In this document: piece by piece, positions 8,332 to 19,700 of the stretch
Layout: every line of letters begins with the position of its first letter
How positions within the stretch are numbered: position 1 is the first letter of the stretch
Virus record (IMG/VR): IMGVR_UViG_3300025066_000054
Coordinates: 1-42,777 of that record
Strand: one strand, 5' to 3'
DNA: 42,777 nucleotides
Source of the DNA: a virus
Lineage: Duplodnaviria; Caudoviricetes
The notes under the pieces: model-generated
The model's database searches: none
Told to the model about the DNA's origin: nothing
Seen by the model: only the letters and a program-made list of their open reading frames with translations
Translations under genes and position numbers: made by a program

Positions 8332-10067
8332 TGAACAGCATAGACATAGAACAAATCCTCAATCCAGATACCTTGGCGGTAGAAATAGCCTCAAGATGGA
8401 ATGAGTGGAACCAGCTTCGTAGTAAGTGGTTAGAAGAGAAAAAAGAGTTACGGAACTACCTATACGCTACGGATACAAAGACCACCCAAAACTCTATGTT
8501 GCCTTGGTCAAACTCGACAACAACCCCGAAACTAACTCAAATCATGGATAACCTCCATGCAAACTACTTTGCTACTCTCTTTCCTAGAAGACAGTGGATG
8601 AAGTTTGAGGCAGAGAAGGGTGGCCCAGAGCTAAAGGCTAAGAGGGATATAATCCAGGCCTACCTAGATACTAAAGTTAGGCAGTCAGCTTTTGTCAATA
8701 CCTGCTCCGACATCCTGTACGACTATATCCAGTACGGAAACTGCTTCGCCACCTTAAACTGGGAGCAGAAGTATTTAACAGGCCCTGAAGACGAAGTTGT
8801 AATTGATTACATAGGGCCTAAGCTAGTTCGTATCTCTCCCTTTGATATTGTTTTTAACCCTTCGGCAAAAGACTTTGAGTCAACACCTAAGGTAATTAGA
8901 AGCCTAAAGTCTCTCGGTGACATCAAACGTATGTGCGACGAAAACCCTGAGAACGAACATTTCAAGCAAGTGTTTGAAAAAAGTCTAGCCGCAAGAAGTT
9001 CTGTACTAGGTGGCGATGACAAGTATAAGGGTGACGCCTACGTAGCTGATGGCTTCTCAAATATTCGGCAGTACTACGAGTCAGACTATGTAGAGGTTCT
9101 GACTTTCTACGGGGACATCTACGAAAAAGGCGATAACGAGTTCCACTCAAATAGAGTTATCACGGTACTCGATAGAGCCTATGTACTTTCTAACGAACAG
9201 AACCCAAGCTGGCTTGCGGGTTCACCTATCTACCACGCTGGTTGGAGACCAAGACCGGACAACCTCTACGCAATGGGTCCACTAGACAACTTGGTCGGTA
9301 TGCAATATCGCATCGACCACCTAGAGAACCTTAAGGCAGATGTCTTTGACCAGATCGCCTACCCAATCCTGAAGGTTAAGGGAGACGTAGAAGACTTTGA
9401 ATTTGAGCCTGGTGCCCGTATATACATGGGGGAAGAGGGTGATGTAGGTTACATGGCACCAGATGCCACCGCACTACAAGCCGACCTTCAAATCCAGATA
9501 CTCGAAGCTAAGATGGAAGAGATGGCAGGTGCCCCTAAACAGGCAATGGGTTTCCGTACTCCTGGAGAGAAGACAGCCTTCGAAGTACAGACACTACAAA
9601 ACTCTGCGTCCCGCATCTTTGAACATAAGACAGCACACCTTGAAAGAACTTTCCTAGAGCCAATCCTGAATAGTATGTTGGAGATGGCTAGAAGGTACCT
9701 TAATACGTCAGACGTGGTAAGAGTGTTAGACAAAGACTATGGCGTCGAAGTGTTTAAGTCTATTACTAAAGACGATATTACAGCAGAGGGTAAGATTGTG
9801 CCAATCGGTGCTAGGCACTTTGCAGAGAGGGCTAGGAGGATACAGAACTTACAGCAACTATACCAGCTTAAGCTTTCTGATCCGTCTGTTGCAGCACACC
9901 TATCAGGTAAAGAGTTTGCTAGGATACTCTCAGAAGAGCTTGGTGAACCAGAACTCTTTAGTGATAATGTGGCTATCTCTGAGCAATTAGCTACCCAACA
10001 AGTGATGCAAGAGGCCGAGATGCAGAACGAGCAAGACCTCGCCCAGAAGGCTGAACTAGGGATTTAA
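8331..10067 (+). CDS. Portal protein
   Basis: 578 aa directly after terL; TAFEV motif; podovirus portal size. Confidence 0.88.
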   Translation: MNSIDIEQILNPDTLAVEIASRWNEWNQLRSKWLEEKKELRNYLYATDTKTTQNSMLPWSNSTTTPKLTQIMDNLHANYFATLFPRRQWMKFEAEKGGPELKAKRDIIQAYLDTKVRQSAFVNTCSDILYDYIQYGNCFATLNWEQKYLTGPEDEVVIDYIGPKLVRISPFDIVFNPSAKDFESTPKVIRSLKSLGDIKRMCDENPENEHFKQVFEKSLAARSSVLGGDDKYKGDAYVADGFSNIRQYYESDYVEVLTFYGDIYEKGDNEFHSNRVITVLDRAYVLSNEQNPSWLAGSPIYHAGWRPRPDNLYAMGPLDNLVGMQYRIDHLENLKADVFDQIAYPILKVKGDVEDFEFEPGARIYMGEEGDVGYMAPDATALQADLQIQILEAKMEEMAGAPKQAMGFRTPGEKTAFEVQTLQNSASRIFEHKTAHLERTFLEPILNSMLEMARRYLNTSDVVRVLDKDYGVEVFKSITKDDITAEGKIVPIGARHFAERARRIQNLQQLYQLKLSDPSVAAHLSGKEFARILSEELGEPELFSDNVAISEQLATQQVMQEAEMQNEQDLAQKAELGI

Positions 10068-10068
10068 A

Positions 10069-10257
10069 ATGACAGACATCAACAATAGAATGAAGTTCTT
10101 AAGTAAGCGATTCAGAAAACCTACAGCTAAAAAAGCTACTCGGCCTGTTAAAAGTAAGACAAAAACAACACTGGGTCTTTCCGGCGTCACTATAAAAAAG
10201 AAAAACAAGTCGGTGGACGTAGGCCCTAACGGCCTTTCATTTAAGGTAAGATTTTAG
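10069..10257 (+). CDS. Small basic hypothetical protein
   Basis: Fills the gap between the portal and the next gene; Lys-rich. Confidence 0.55.
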   Translation: MTDINNRMKFLSKRFRKPTAKKATRPVKSKTKTTLGLSGVTIKKKNKSVDVGPNGLSFKVRF

Positions 10258-10497
10258 ATGAACTCAGTTTGGTTTAAAAACGTACCTAAGTCAGAGAAGG
10301 AGAGGCGTAGAGGAGAAGTCCTTGCTCACCGCAATGCCTTTGATGACCTAAAAGAAGTACTCGAACAAAACTACTTTAAGAAGGAGTGTGTTCGAGACTA
10401 CGATATTCCTAATTGGGAGTATCGTCAAATTGCAGTCAATGAGTACAATGCTGTACTTGATGACCTGCTAAATTTAATAACCTTAACCGAAAGGTAA
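10258..10497 (+). CDS. Hypothetical protein in the head module
   Basis: AAGG RBS; 79 aa; sits before the scaffold gene. Confidence 0.7.
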   Translation: MNSVWFKNVPKSEKERRRGEVLAHRNAFDDLKEVLEQNYFKKECVRDYDIPNWEYRQIAVNEYNAVLDDLLNLITLTER

Positions 10498-10500
10498 CTA

Positions 10501-11259
10501 ATGACAATCTTTGAAGAAGCCCAAACCATAGGGCAACAAGAGCCGATCACACCAGAACAAACCCAAGATTCTTTTGTTGATCAACTCGCACAGACGAAAG
10601 GCGAGAATTGGAGAGACCCTGAAGTACTTGCTAAAGGTAAAATTGAGGCAGATACTTATATTCAAAATCTTGAAGGTCAGCTTGCTGAAATGAGAGTAGA
10701 CTTGAATAAACAGGACTATGCCAAAGAAATTCTCGAAACACTTCAGAACAAGGCTACGGATACCTCCTCCGTTTTTTCTGAAGAGTCTGACCATACAGGA
10801 GGCACTAATTTAGGCGACACCCCGTCAAGTGTTAGTGAGGATCACCTGAAGAGCCTTGTCGAAAAGACACTTAGCCAGAGAGAGAAAGATACTGTTGTGA
10901 GACAGAATATTGCTCTCGTAGAAGAGAGCCTTAAAAAGGAATACGGCGATGCTGCTCCTAATAAGGTTAGTGAGAAGGCTAAAGAACTAGGTATGTCCCC
11001 AGAAAAAATGCAGGAAATTGCTTCTGAGTCTCCTAGTGCTTTCTTTACTCTGCTTGGCAAAGAACATAAGACCTTACAGCCTATGGTAAGCGGGTCTGTT
11101 CGGACAGAAAGTGTCAACCTTCAAGCCTCGACGGAACGTGACTGGAGTTATTACCAGGCAATGCGTCGGGAAAACTCATCCAAATACTTTACCCCCTCTG
11201 TCCAAAGACAACTCATGGAAGACAAAATGAGGTTGGGGGATAAGTTTGGTAACACTTAG
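10501..11259 (+). CDS. Capsid scaffolding protein
   Basis: Acidic, helical protein immediately upstream of the capsid gene. Confidence 0.75.
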   Translation: MTIFEEAQTIGQQEPITPEQTQDSFVDQLAQTKGENWRDPEVLAKGKIEADTYIQNLEGQLAEMRVDLNKQDYAKEILETLQNKATDTSSVFSEESDHTGGTNLGDTPSSVSEDHLKSLVEKTLSQREKDTVVRQNIALVEESLKKEYGDAAPNKVSEKAKELGMSPEKMQEIASESPSAFFTLLGKEHKTLQPMVSGSVRTESVNLQASTERDWSYYQAMRRENSSKYFTPSVQRQLMEDKMRLGDKFGNT

Positions 11260-11273
11260 AAAGGACTAGTCTA

Positions 11274-12248
11274 ATGGCTGGTATGATTTCCTCAAATACC
11301 GATATGGGTCGGTTAATTCGTTCTGAGGTATGGTCCTCAGAACTTAAAGACATCCTTCGGGATGAAATGATGGCACAGAAGTACGTCAGAATGTTGGAAG
11401 GTTTCCCTGACGGGTCTACTTTCACTATTCCGACTATCGGTGAAATTGACGTGGCAAACTACACTGAAGATGCTGCCGTGTCATACACACCACTGGATAC
11501 TGCCGAGTTCTCGTTCACTATTGGTGAGTACCTCCAGTCAGCTACTTATGTTACTAAGAAAGCTGCACAGGACTCATTCTACTCTGCTGAACTAGAGTCG
11601 AGATTTGTTCCAGAACAGTCAAGAGCTATCATGGAACACTTCGAGTCAATGTCTCTGGCTATGTCTGAAGTGGGTGTCTCAGCTAACTCCGCTGAAACTC
11701 TTGACGGTGCTTCGCATCGTATCTCTGGTGGTAACGCCGGTAAAATCGAAGTCGCAGACTTTGCCTTTGCCCGTTATGCGCTGAAGAAGTCTAAGGTCGG
11801 TGATCGTAACTTGGTTGCTATCGTTGATCCTTCGGTTGAGTTCCAGATGTCAACTCTGACTAACCTCGTAAATGTAAGCAACAACCCTCAGTGGGAAGGT
11901 ATCGTCCGAGACGGTGCAACTACTGGTATGCGTTTCATTGCTAATGTTTATGGCTTCGACGTATACACGTCCAACTTCCTCAAGTCTACTATCTCTGACT
12001 CGGCTCTGAAAGAACGTGATGGTACCACCACTAATGACTTCTCGTCTGACAATGGTGTAGCTAACTTGTTCTTCTCGGCTGACCCTGCATCCAATCCTTT
12101 TGTTGGTGCTTGGAGACAAATGCCTGAAGTTGACTACGAGTACAACAAAGACTACCAACGGCATGAGTATGTAACTACTGCTCGTTACGGAGTCAAGAAG
12201 TACCGCCCTGAAGGTATCGTTACTGTCGTAACTGACCCTTCCGTTTAA
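11274..12248 (+). CDS. Major capsid protein
   Basis: 324 aa; LIRSEVWS N-terminus and TARYGVK C-terminus; AAAGGA RBS; followed by a hairpin. Confidence 0.9.
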   Translation: MAGMISSNTDMGRLIRSEVWSSELKDILRDEMMAQKYVRMLEGFPDGSTFTIPTIGEIDVANYTEDAAVSYTPLDTAEFSFTIGEYLQSATYVTKKAAQDSFYSAELESRFVPEQSRAIMEHFESMSLAMSEVGVSANSAETLDGASHRISGGNAGKIEVADFAFARYALKKSKVGDRNLVAIVDPSVEFQMSTLTNLVNVSNNPQWEGIVRDGATTGMRFIANVYGFDVYTSNFLKSTISDSALKERDGTTTNDFSSDNGVANLFFSADPASNPFVGAWRQMPEVDYEYNKDYQRHEYVTTARYGVKKYRPEGIVTVVTDPSV

Positions 12249-12256
12249 TCTAACTT

Positions 12257-12287
12257 GGTGGTCCCTTAACTGGGGCCACCTTCCTAT
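12257..12287 (+). terminator. Hairpin / probable intrinsic terminator after the capsid gene
   Basis: GGTGGTCCC-ttaact-GGGGCCACC 9-bp stem followed by TTCCTAT (weak U tract). Confidence 0.6.
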
Positions 12288-12302
12288 ACATAGAGGTTCA
12301 CA

Positions 12303-12755
12303 ATGACACTTCATTCTTCACTTACTGGTTCAGAGTGCCATGAACCTAAAGGAGCAAATACCTCAGGGGCTGGTCGGGTCTATGTTGCTGACGGGTCTGG
12401 TAGTGGCTCTTGGAAATTTCGTCCCTATACACTGGTCTTGAACATTGACGATATAGCATCGTCAGGTGACATATACATTCCCATCCCATACGCAGGTAAT
12501 GTTGCTAAGGTACAAACTACTCTTAGTGGAGCTATAGCTGGTTCCGATGTTATCTTTACAGTATACGACTCAAGCAACAACTCTATGGGAACTCTTACGA
12601 TTACCCAGTCTGGTTCTGCGGCAGGAGATACTGACACATTAGTACCCGCCAGTAATCAGGATGTAACTGGCTCAGATTATGTAAAGATAAGCTGCAACGG
12701 TGGTGCTACAGCCCATGTAGATACTACCATTGTTGTTTGTGTGGAGGGAACTTAA
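12303..12755 (+). CDS. Virion structural protein (possible head fibre or decoration)
   Basis: HEPKG...GRVYVADGSGSGSW motif; follows the capsid gene. Confidence 0.6.
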   Translation: MTLHSSLTGSECHEPKGANTSGAGRVYVADGSGSGSWKFRPYTLVLNIDDIASSGDIYIPIPYAGNVAKVQTTLSGAIAGSDVIFTVYDSSNNSMGTLTITQSGSAAGDTDTLVPASNQDVTGSDYVKISCNGGATAHVDTTIVVCVEGT

Positions 12756-13477
12756 TGAAGAGTACACTTCTCCAGATGGTTCAGTCAATCCTGAGTGATA
12801 TGGACTCAGAGGACGTGAATACCATCAGTGATACGGTAGAGGCGCAGCAGATTGCTTCTGTTATAGAAGATACTTACTATAACATAATAGCAGGCCGAGA
12901 CATCCCAGAGCATAAGAAGCTTATGGACTTGACGGCACTAGCTGACAGCACAAGGCCTACCCATTTTAAGTATCCTACAAACGTCAAACAAGTAAGTAAA
13001 GTTTCGTACAATACAGCGGCCTCAGGCGAGAATTATACTGAAGTTAAGTATGTAGACCATGACTACTTTCTTGAGAGTATGAACCAAAACGGACTAAAGG
13101 TTGAAACTCTTAGCGGTAACCTAGACATCTTTGTCAGTAATGATACTATGCCTACCTACTACACGTCCTTCGACGATGAAAATATCATTATGAACGCCTA
13201 CGATGCTTCAATCGAGTCTACTCTTCAGCAGTCTAAGACAAGGGCTTTCGGTTCATTCTTCCCCACATTCTCGACAACAGATAGTTTTGTACCCGATCTG
13301 GATGAAACACTATTTCCTTACTTCTTAGCTGAAGCTAAGTCAACGTGTTTCTCCTTGTTTAAGTCGGGTACTGATCCTAAGGTGGAGCAAGCTGCTCGTA
13401 GGCTGAAGTCTCATATTAGAAATGACTTATACAAGACTGAGCAGGTAAACAAGAGGCCGATGTACGGTAGAACATGA
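12755..13477 (+). CDS. Tail tubular protein A / head-tail adaptor
   Basis: ATG at 12755 (TAATG coupling, GGAGG RBS); TLLQMVQSILSDM N-terminus. Confidence 0.75.
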   Translation: MKSTLLQMVQSILSDMDSEDVNTISDTVEAQQIASVIEDTYYNIIAGRDIPEHKKLMDLTALADSTRPTHFKYPTNVKQVSKVSYNTAASGENYTEVKYVDHDYFLESMNQNGLKVETLSGNLDIFVSNDTMPTYYTSFDDENIIMNAYDASIESTLQQSKTRAFGSFFPTFSTTDSFVPDLDETLFPYFLAEAKSTCFSLFKSGTDPKVEQAARRLKSHIRNDLYKTEQVNKRPMYGRT

Positions 13478-13803
13478 ACATAGAAGAGAACACGGAGAAA
13501 CAGACTTGTGTGATCACATCTGACAAACTCGTTACTAAAGTCCATATCCAGATAAAGCCCGGTGGTTATGGTTTCTTTGGAGTGTCTTTTGAGAAAGGAC
13601 TTATTCCTAAAGACCTTCAAGGAAGTTACTCTAGCTTAAAGAAAGCAAAGAGGGCTGTTGAAGTTTACTTGAAGAATATGAAGCAAACTAAGGCAGCTAG
13701 AAGAAACGAGTTTGCCAAGGATTTTACGGAACGGAAGCGAAAGAATGCCTCAAACGATAAACCAAAAAACGGTCAACACATTCGTAAAAGGTCTGGTAAC
13801 TGA
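13474..13803 (+). CDS. Hypothetical protein
   Basis: ATGA coupling with the adaptor gene; 109 aa. Confidence 0.65.
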   Translation: MNIEENTEKQTCVITSDKLVTKVHIQIKPGGYGFFGVSFEKGLIPKDLQGSYSSLKKAKRAVEVYLKNMKQTKAARRNEFAKDFTERKRKNASNDKPKNGQHIRKRSGN

Positions 13804-16000
13804 GGCAGGAGAGCTTACGTTCCCAGAGGATGCCTCTATTGACGAAAGGAACTGTGTCCTTGAAAGGGATGGTTCTAGGCGAAGACGTTTAGCTGTCGAA
13901 TTAGAGAACAGTAATGTTGACTCCAGTTTCACCACAACAAGAACAGAGGTTTTTACGTCTAGTATCTGGTATAACGTAGGCGGTATCGCTGGTAAAAACT
14001 GGCTGGTGTTACAAGAAGGGGACAGGATTTATTTCTACAATACAGTAGAGGAGCCTTACTCCGCTTCTGAGTTGACTGGACTGAGTATTACACAGGCTGA
14101 TGGAAGTACTGGAAGTAGTTATGTAGACTTAGGAAATAGTGACCTAGACCCTAGTAACAGCGTTGAAGTTGTAGATAATAAGATTGAAACAACTAGCATT
14201 GACGGGTCTCTTATTGTTGTCTCCCCCGCTATTGAACCTTTCTATCTTGAGTACATAAGTGACTCAAGTATCGTAGTCAATAAGATTACTCCTAAAGTGA
14301 GGGACTTTAAGTGGCAGGGGGACATTGACGAGTATAGCGAAGAAGAGCCTAATACAAGTGTTACCGATGCTCGGAAGTATGACAGTGCTAACGGAGGGTG
14401 GACCGGAACTAAAGGTGTCGCAGCAAACGCTTCTTATAGCAGTACTGCCTGGCCTCCACTGACACACCCTTGGTACTCTGGTAAAAATTCTGACGGGGAC
14501 TTTGACAAGTCTGAGTGGGAAAAAATATTCTCTGGTTCATCTATACTAGGTAACGGCCATTTTATCCTCGACTTTTTTAATAAGGAACGGTCAGTCTCAT
14601 TCAACGCAGATGTTGAGGAGCAGACAGATACCCTTGGGGATAGTCTTGACACAGTAGAGTCTTCAAGGTTTAAGTCTGTGGCCTCTTTCTCAGGCCGTGT
14701 TTTTTATGCCGGACTTCAAAGCCCAGAGAACGCAGGTAAGATACTTTTCTCTAGGTTAGTTGACGATATTGATGAAGTTGGTAGGTGCTACCAACAGAAC
14801 GACCCTTCATCAGAGAGCCTTAGTGATTTGCTAGATACTGATGGGGGTGTCATAACGATCAAAGAGGCGGCTAACATCCAAAAGCTCGCTGTTGTAGGCA
14901 CTTCATTACTAGTCTTTGCCGAGAATGGGGTGTGGCAGATTTCAGGGGTTGAGGGAATCTTCTCTCCTGCTGCATATTCTGTAAACAAAGTTACATCTGT
15001 CGGAATAAACGGAGTTAAGACGTATGTAGAAGCTGACGGTATTCCTATTTGGTGGTCTAAAAACGGTATACACACCCTAGTCTCAGACAAAGTATCGGGG
15101 AGACTAGGTGAACAGAACCTCAGCATCAGCACAGTACAAACCTTTTTTGACGGCATTGACGGCCAAGCCAAACTACAGTGTGAGGCAATCTTCGATAAAG
15201 TTAATAAGAGAGTATACTGGTTTTACCCAGAAAATAGCCAGTCATCCGCCGACAAGAATAAAAAGAATAAGGTGCTTATAATGGACCTTCCTGTGCAAGC
15301 CTTCTACCCTTGGGATATTTCAGGTAGTGCAGACGATAAACAGTATATTATATCAGCCGCCTACTTAGACAGCTTCGGCTCAGAGTTCATTGACGTAGAC
15401 GTCACGGCGAATGACGGGACCACTCTTATTACTGACAGTAGTAGTGACACAATTATTGTACAGAGAGAAACACAAGTAGCTACAGCAGACGCTGCCCTAG
15501 CTTTACTAGTGTTGGATAGAACAGGGGGAACTAATAAGGTCACTATAGCATCCTTTAGTTCCACCACCTTTAAGGATTGGGACAGTGGGGGAGACTATGT
15601 ATCTTTCGCAGAAGCTGGTTACGACTTTATGGGAGACCTTATACGAAAGAAGACCGCACCCTACGTACAGGTCTACCTAAGACCCACTGAAACAGGCTGG
15701 ACAGGAAATGAGAATGACGGATACACACCTGTCAGAGAATCCTCCCTAAAGATTTCAACCTACTGGGACTTCAGAAAGACGGTATCCTCTGCTGCTCAGG
15801 AGGCGTACAGACTAAAGTATACTCCTGTAGTTGATCCAAGTGACTTGACAGAATGGGATTATCCTGATAACATTGTGACATCAAGGTTGAAATGCAGAGG
15901 TTCAGGCCGTAATATGAGACTTAGGTTTGAGTCTACTACAGGTAAGGACTTTGTTTTACTAGGGTTTGGAGTTCTACAAGGTGTCAACAGAAAGTACTAG
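13745..16000 (+). CDS. Tail tubular protein B / nozzle
   Basis: Likely ATG at 13745; NTFVKGLVTE start; ASFSGRVFYAG beta-propeller-type motif; about 750 aa. Confidence 0.8.
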   Translation: MPQTINQKTVNTFVKGLVTEAGELTFPEDASIDERNCVLERDGSRRRRLAVELENSNVDSSFTTTRTEVFTSSIWYNVGGIAGKNWLVLQEGDRIYFYNTVEEPYSASELTGLSITQADGSTGSSYVDLGNSDLDPSNSVEVVDNKIETTSIDGSLIVVSPAIEPFYLEYISDSSIVVNKITPKVRDFKWQGDIDEYSEEEPNTSVTDARKYDSANGGWTGTKGVAANASYSSTAWPPLTHPWYSGKNSDGDFDKSEWEKIFSGSSILGNGHFILDFFNKERSVSFNADVEEQTDTLGDSLDTVESSRFKSVASFSGRVFYAGLQSPENAGKILFSRLVDDIDEVGRCYQQNDPSSESLSDLLDTDGGVITIKEAANIQKLAVVGTSLLVFAENGVWQISGVEGIFSPAAYSVNKVTSVGINGVKTYVEADGIPIWWSKNGIHTLVSDKVSGRLGEQNLSISTVQTFFDGIDGQAKLQCEAIFDKVNKRVYWFYPENSQSSADKNKKNKVLIMDLPVQAFYPWDISGSADDKQYIISAAYLDSFGSEFIDVDVTANDGTTLITDSSSDTIIVQRETQVATADAALALLVLDRTGGTNKVTIASFSSTTFKDWDSGGDYVSFAEAGYDFMGDLIRKKTAPYVQVYLRPTETGWTGNENDGYTPVRESSLKISTYWDFRKTVSSAAQEAYRLKYTPVVDPSDLTEWDYPDNIVTSRLKCRGSGRNMRLRFESTTGKDFVLLGFGVLQGVNRKY

Positions 16001-16286
16001 ACTAAAGGGTATCAGAGGGGATACCTTTGGGGTAGACTTAGAGTACACAGAAGAGTTGGTGTTTATCCATTTCTCAGACATAGAAAAGTTTAATGTGTCT
16101 GTCTTCAGGCAAATGAGGAGCCTTTTAAAAGATTGGTGGGTGTTCTTCAAGATTCAGGGTTACAAAGCTATCTTCGCCCACCTTCCTAACGACCACCAAC
16201 AGCCTAAAAACATAAGACTATTAACAAAACTGGGGTTTAAGCCCCATATAAAGACAGCAGACTCTTTGGTCTTTATCTACAGATAG
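15966..16286 (+). CDS. GNAT-like protein (T7 gp13 position)
   Basis: IRLLTKLGFK motif; lies between the nozzle and ejection-protein genes. Start uncertain (GTG at 15981 is possible). Confidence 0.55.
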   Translation: MEFYKVSTESTRLKGIRGDTFGVDLEYTEELVFIHFSDIEKFNVSVFRQMRSLLKDWWVFFKIQGYKAIFAHLPNDHQQPKNIRLLTKLGFKPHIKTADSLVFIYR

Positions 16287-16297
16287 GAGTAAACACC

Positions 16298-16669
16298 TTG
16301 CCAGAAGTTTTTTCAATACTACAACTAGGATTAGGCGTAGCCTCTTTAGGGGCGCAACAAGAGGCAGCGAGGGAGCAAAAAAAGTCGGCTCAACTTGCCC
16401 AGAGAAGGACTGCAAACACTGCTTTAAGAGAAGCCCAAATGAGAAGGGCTAGGGCTATGGTTGTTGGACAGAACACAGGGGCTACACCTATGGTAGGGCA
16501 GCTTGGGTCTCAGTTTGGAGCTACCGCTGGCTACGCCACTCAACAGAGTGGCTTATCTGGAAATATATCTGAAGCTAGGGGCAGGGCTTTGGCGTTGAGT
16601 GGACTAAGTAATCTTATGCCAGATTTTAAAGACACATACGGTGAACTCAAACAAAAAGGCTGGCTTTAA
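16298..16669 (+). CDS. Small internal virion (ejection) protein
   Basis: A/Q/G-rich; TTG start with AGGAG RBS; T7 gp14-like position. Confidence 0.65.
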   Translation: MPEVFSILQLGLGVASLGAQQEAAREQKKSAQLAQRRTANTALREAQMRRARAMVVGQNTGATPMVGQLGSQFGATAGYATQQSGLSGNISEARGRALALSGLSNLMPDFKDTYGELKQKGWL

Positions 16670-16704
16670 GCCAAAGGCGGATGAATGGAACGTGAAAAAC
16701 TGCG

Positions 16705-16725
16705 AAGCCCACAACGGGGCTTTTG
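16705..16725 (+). terminator. Possible weak terminator or processing hairpin
   Basis: AAGCCC-acaacg-GGGCTT-TTG in a 95-nt intergenic gap. Confidence 0.4.
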
Positions 16726-16764
16726 AATGACAAAACTGCTTTAAAGATCGGTTAAGGACGTGTA

Positions 16765-19700
16765 ATGGTTCAAATTCTTGGTGAAGATAGGCCTCCAGTA
16801 ATTCTTGGAGAAGATACAAAAGAAGCTCCTGTGTCTACTCCCAGTACTACACAGGTAAAGAACAGAGATATGGACTCTCTTGTTGTTTTTGGTAAGGTAT
16901 CTGACGAGGTAACTCCTGAAGACCTTGCTGCCTTATCTTCCGAGGCATATGATGAAGTCATAGCAAAAGTCGAGGAAACCTTGACAAACCCTAAGAACAA
17001 GGCGAAGGACGCTGAAAATATCTCAGACATTCAAGAGAAAACCGAATTGCTGAACCCGAAAGAATACTTTGCTTTCGTTAAGGCGAGTATGAAAAACCCT
17101 GACCTCACTGCCCTTGAAGTAAATTCGTCGATAAAGTTAAGGTATCTTCAGGAAAAAATTGAAGAAGAGGTAGAGTCGGGTTCTAATAAGGCAGGTTGGT
17201 TCCTCAATTTCTTAGACCGAGAGTTTCTAAGGATGCCTTGGAATATACTTGAAGACGTATTTATGTCGAGGGGTGAAAAGGAAGGCTTGGTTTTCCTTGA
17301 CGCCATTACGGGAGATATGTCTCTCGAAGATTTCAAGGTCTTCCTTGAGCCTATTGTCGCAGATTACAAAGAACAGGGGGTATTTTTAAGCAGTAACCCT
17401 CAAGCACTTGGAGACCTGTCGATTAGGGCTACTAGCTTAGGTGACTATTCGGCGGCTCAACTTGATCGACTGCTCGCCGTATTTGACTTAGCCACTGCTG
17501 CCGTTCCTGTCGGTACATTAGGCAAAGGTATGTTGAAGAAGGTTGTTTCAGTAAAGGGTAGAGTCAAGTTACTCAATGACATGCAACATTCGTCTACTCC
17601 AGCAACTCGAATAGGTGCTGCAAGCGACTCCCAAACAGTCGCAGAGCAAGCTGCTATACGAATAGCTAATGCTACTGATGACACAAGTAACCTATCTGAT
17701 CTAGGTCCATCAGCATTTAATGATGCAGCACCTAATGCTAAGGTGAGGCCCACGTTAAATTTTTCTACAATAAGTGCAAGAGTTGTTCAAGCCACTAAAG
17801 ACGCCAACGCCTACGCTAAGAGGGCGTTAGGTGATACCTATGACGAGGCCGCAATAACTGGGTGGGTGACTAAAATCCAAGGGGAAGTAACTAAAGCTGT
17901 TGGCAGAAGCCTAAACAACTTTAAGATTAACTACGAAAAGAATACCGTAGTCGGTTTTTTTGGACATGCTAGAACAGGTCTTCCTATATCTAAGAAGACA
18001 GCCGAGAAAATTGCTAAGGACATACCTGAAGCGAAAGTGATCCCTGTTGATGGTGTTGAAGGTAAGTACCTAGTACAGTACGAAGTGCCGATAGATTTAG
18101 ATAAATTTGTTAAGGTAGAACATAAAGTAGAGGCAATAGGAGGAGCCATTAGACAGGCCCTGTCTCGTCTCAGCCATCTTAACCCAATAAAAGGTGCTTA
18201 CCTAAGAGATAACCAAGCCTTAAATAACTTGGCTGAGAGGGTTGAAACAGGTAAGATTACGATAAAGAAATTTGCTAAGGTTCTCACAACAGACATTGGA
18301 AAGCTTTCTTCGAGGGAGTTTGAAGAAGTAGGGGACATAGTTCTTGATCTACAGTCTAGGGACTTAGCGCAACAAAGAAATTGGATGTCTAAGGATGCGT
18401 TTGTAGACGCTTGGAAAGCTAGACATAATGGCAAGGAACCTAGTCAAAAAGTAGTTAAAGGCTACTTGAGTGTAGTAGACTTAAGTAACTACAACTATAT
18501 CCTCAAAGCCCAGTCTATTATTAGAAAACTTCACAGGAATAAAGTCAGAAGGGTCAGTGTAGTTCTCGGAGACGAGGCTAGACCAATGGCGGGGCAGAAG
18601 GTTTCCAAGCTTCCTGATGATGTCGATTGGGTGGTAGAAGCTACAACAGGGAGGTTTGTAGAGTTCTCTAAGTACTCAGGCCCTAAGAAGAATATCTTTA
18701 AGGTTGAAACAGACCTGACTGACGGATTAGTTGAGACTAGGTACATCGTAGACACAGACACAATTCATGCTTTAGACCCCCAAGATGTTCTAGGGTATAA
18801 TGCTGGTGGTCCCCGTATCAATCCTGAGGCCCAGTACTTTGTGACTTTCCAAGGGGCTGATGGTAAGATTGTTAAGGTTGCTTTGTCAACAACAACAAGA
18901 AGCCAGGCTACTAAAACAGTTAAACAACTTGAGACACTATTTAAGAAACACGCTGACGGTACCTTAACCGACGCTGACGTAGCTGCAAACAACTCTTGGG
19001 CTAAAAACCTAGACATGGATACAGTCAGTAAATTCCTTAAGGTTGCTAGTGATGAAGGTTGGGATTTAAGGGCTGTTAGTAAAGTTCTATATAAAGCTAG
19101 GGACGAGAGAGTATACGAAGGCGTTGTTGGAGATACTTTCATTCCCGCAGCCACTGCCGATGAATTTGTGACATTCTCAAGGAGGAGTGACGTACCTCTC
19201 TTACACTATGGGGGGAGTCCAACCTATAATGAAAACCCCTTAGGTAGCGTTATTGCTCAGACTAATACCGTAAGTAGGCAGGTGGCCTCAGAAAATTACG
19301 ATACAGCGGCCAAGGTATCCTTAGGCAGGGCTGCAAAAAACATAGTAAATAAAGAGGGTGGGAACCCTGACTATGTGGGTTGGACAGACAGAGACTACTA
19401 TGACATAATAGGAACAGAGAAATTAGCAGGCGACACTGATCTCCTTAAGTTACTCGAAAGCAGAAAGAGAGTTTTTGAGCTTAGGTCTGGTATGGTGCCT
19501 GAGGGAGAAAAACTCCTTGGCGATCTAGCAGATACTATGTCTGAGGTTGTTACAGGAGGTAAGTACACCCCTGATAATCCGAGTAATGCTCTGACCAGAT
19601 TTGGTTTTTCCAGTACCTTCTTTAGCGACCCTTTCCAGGTATTCCTACAAAGTGTGCAGAGCATTAATATCGTAGCTATGGCTGGCATGAAGGACGGTAT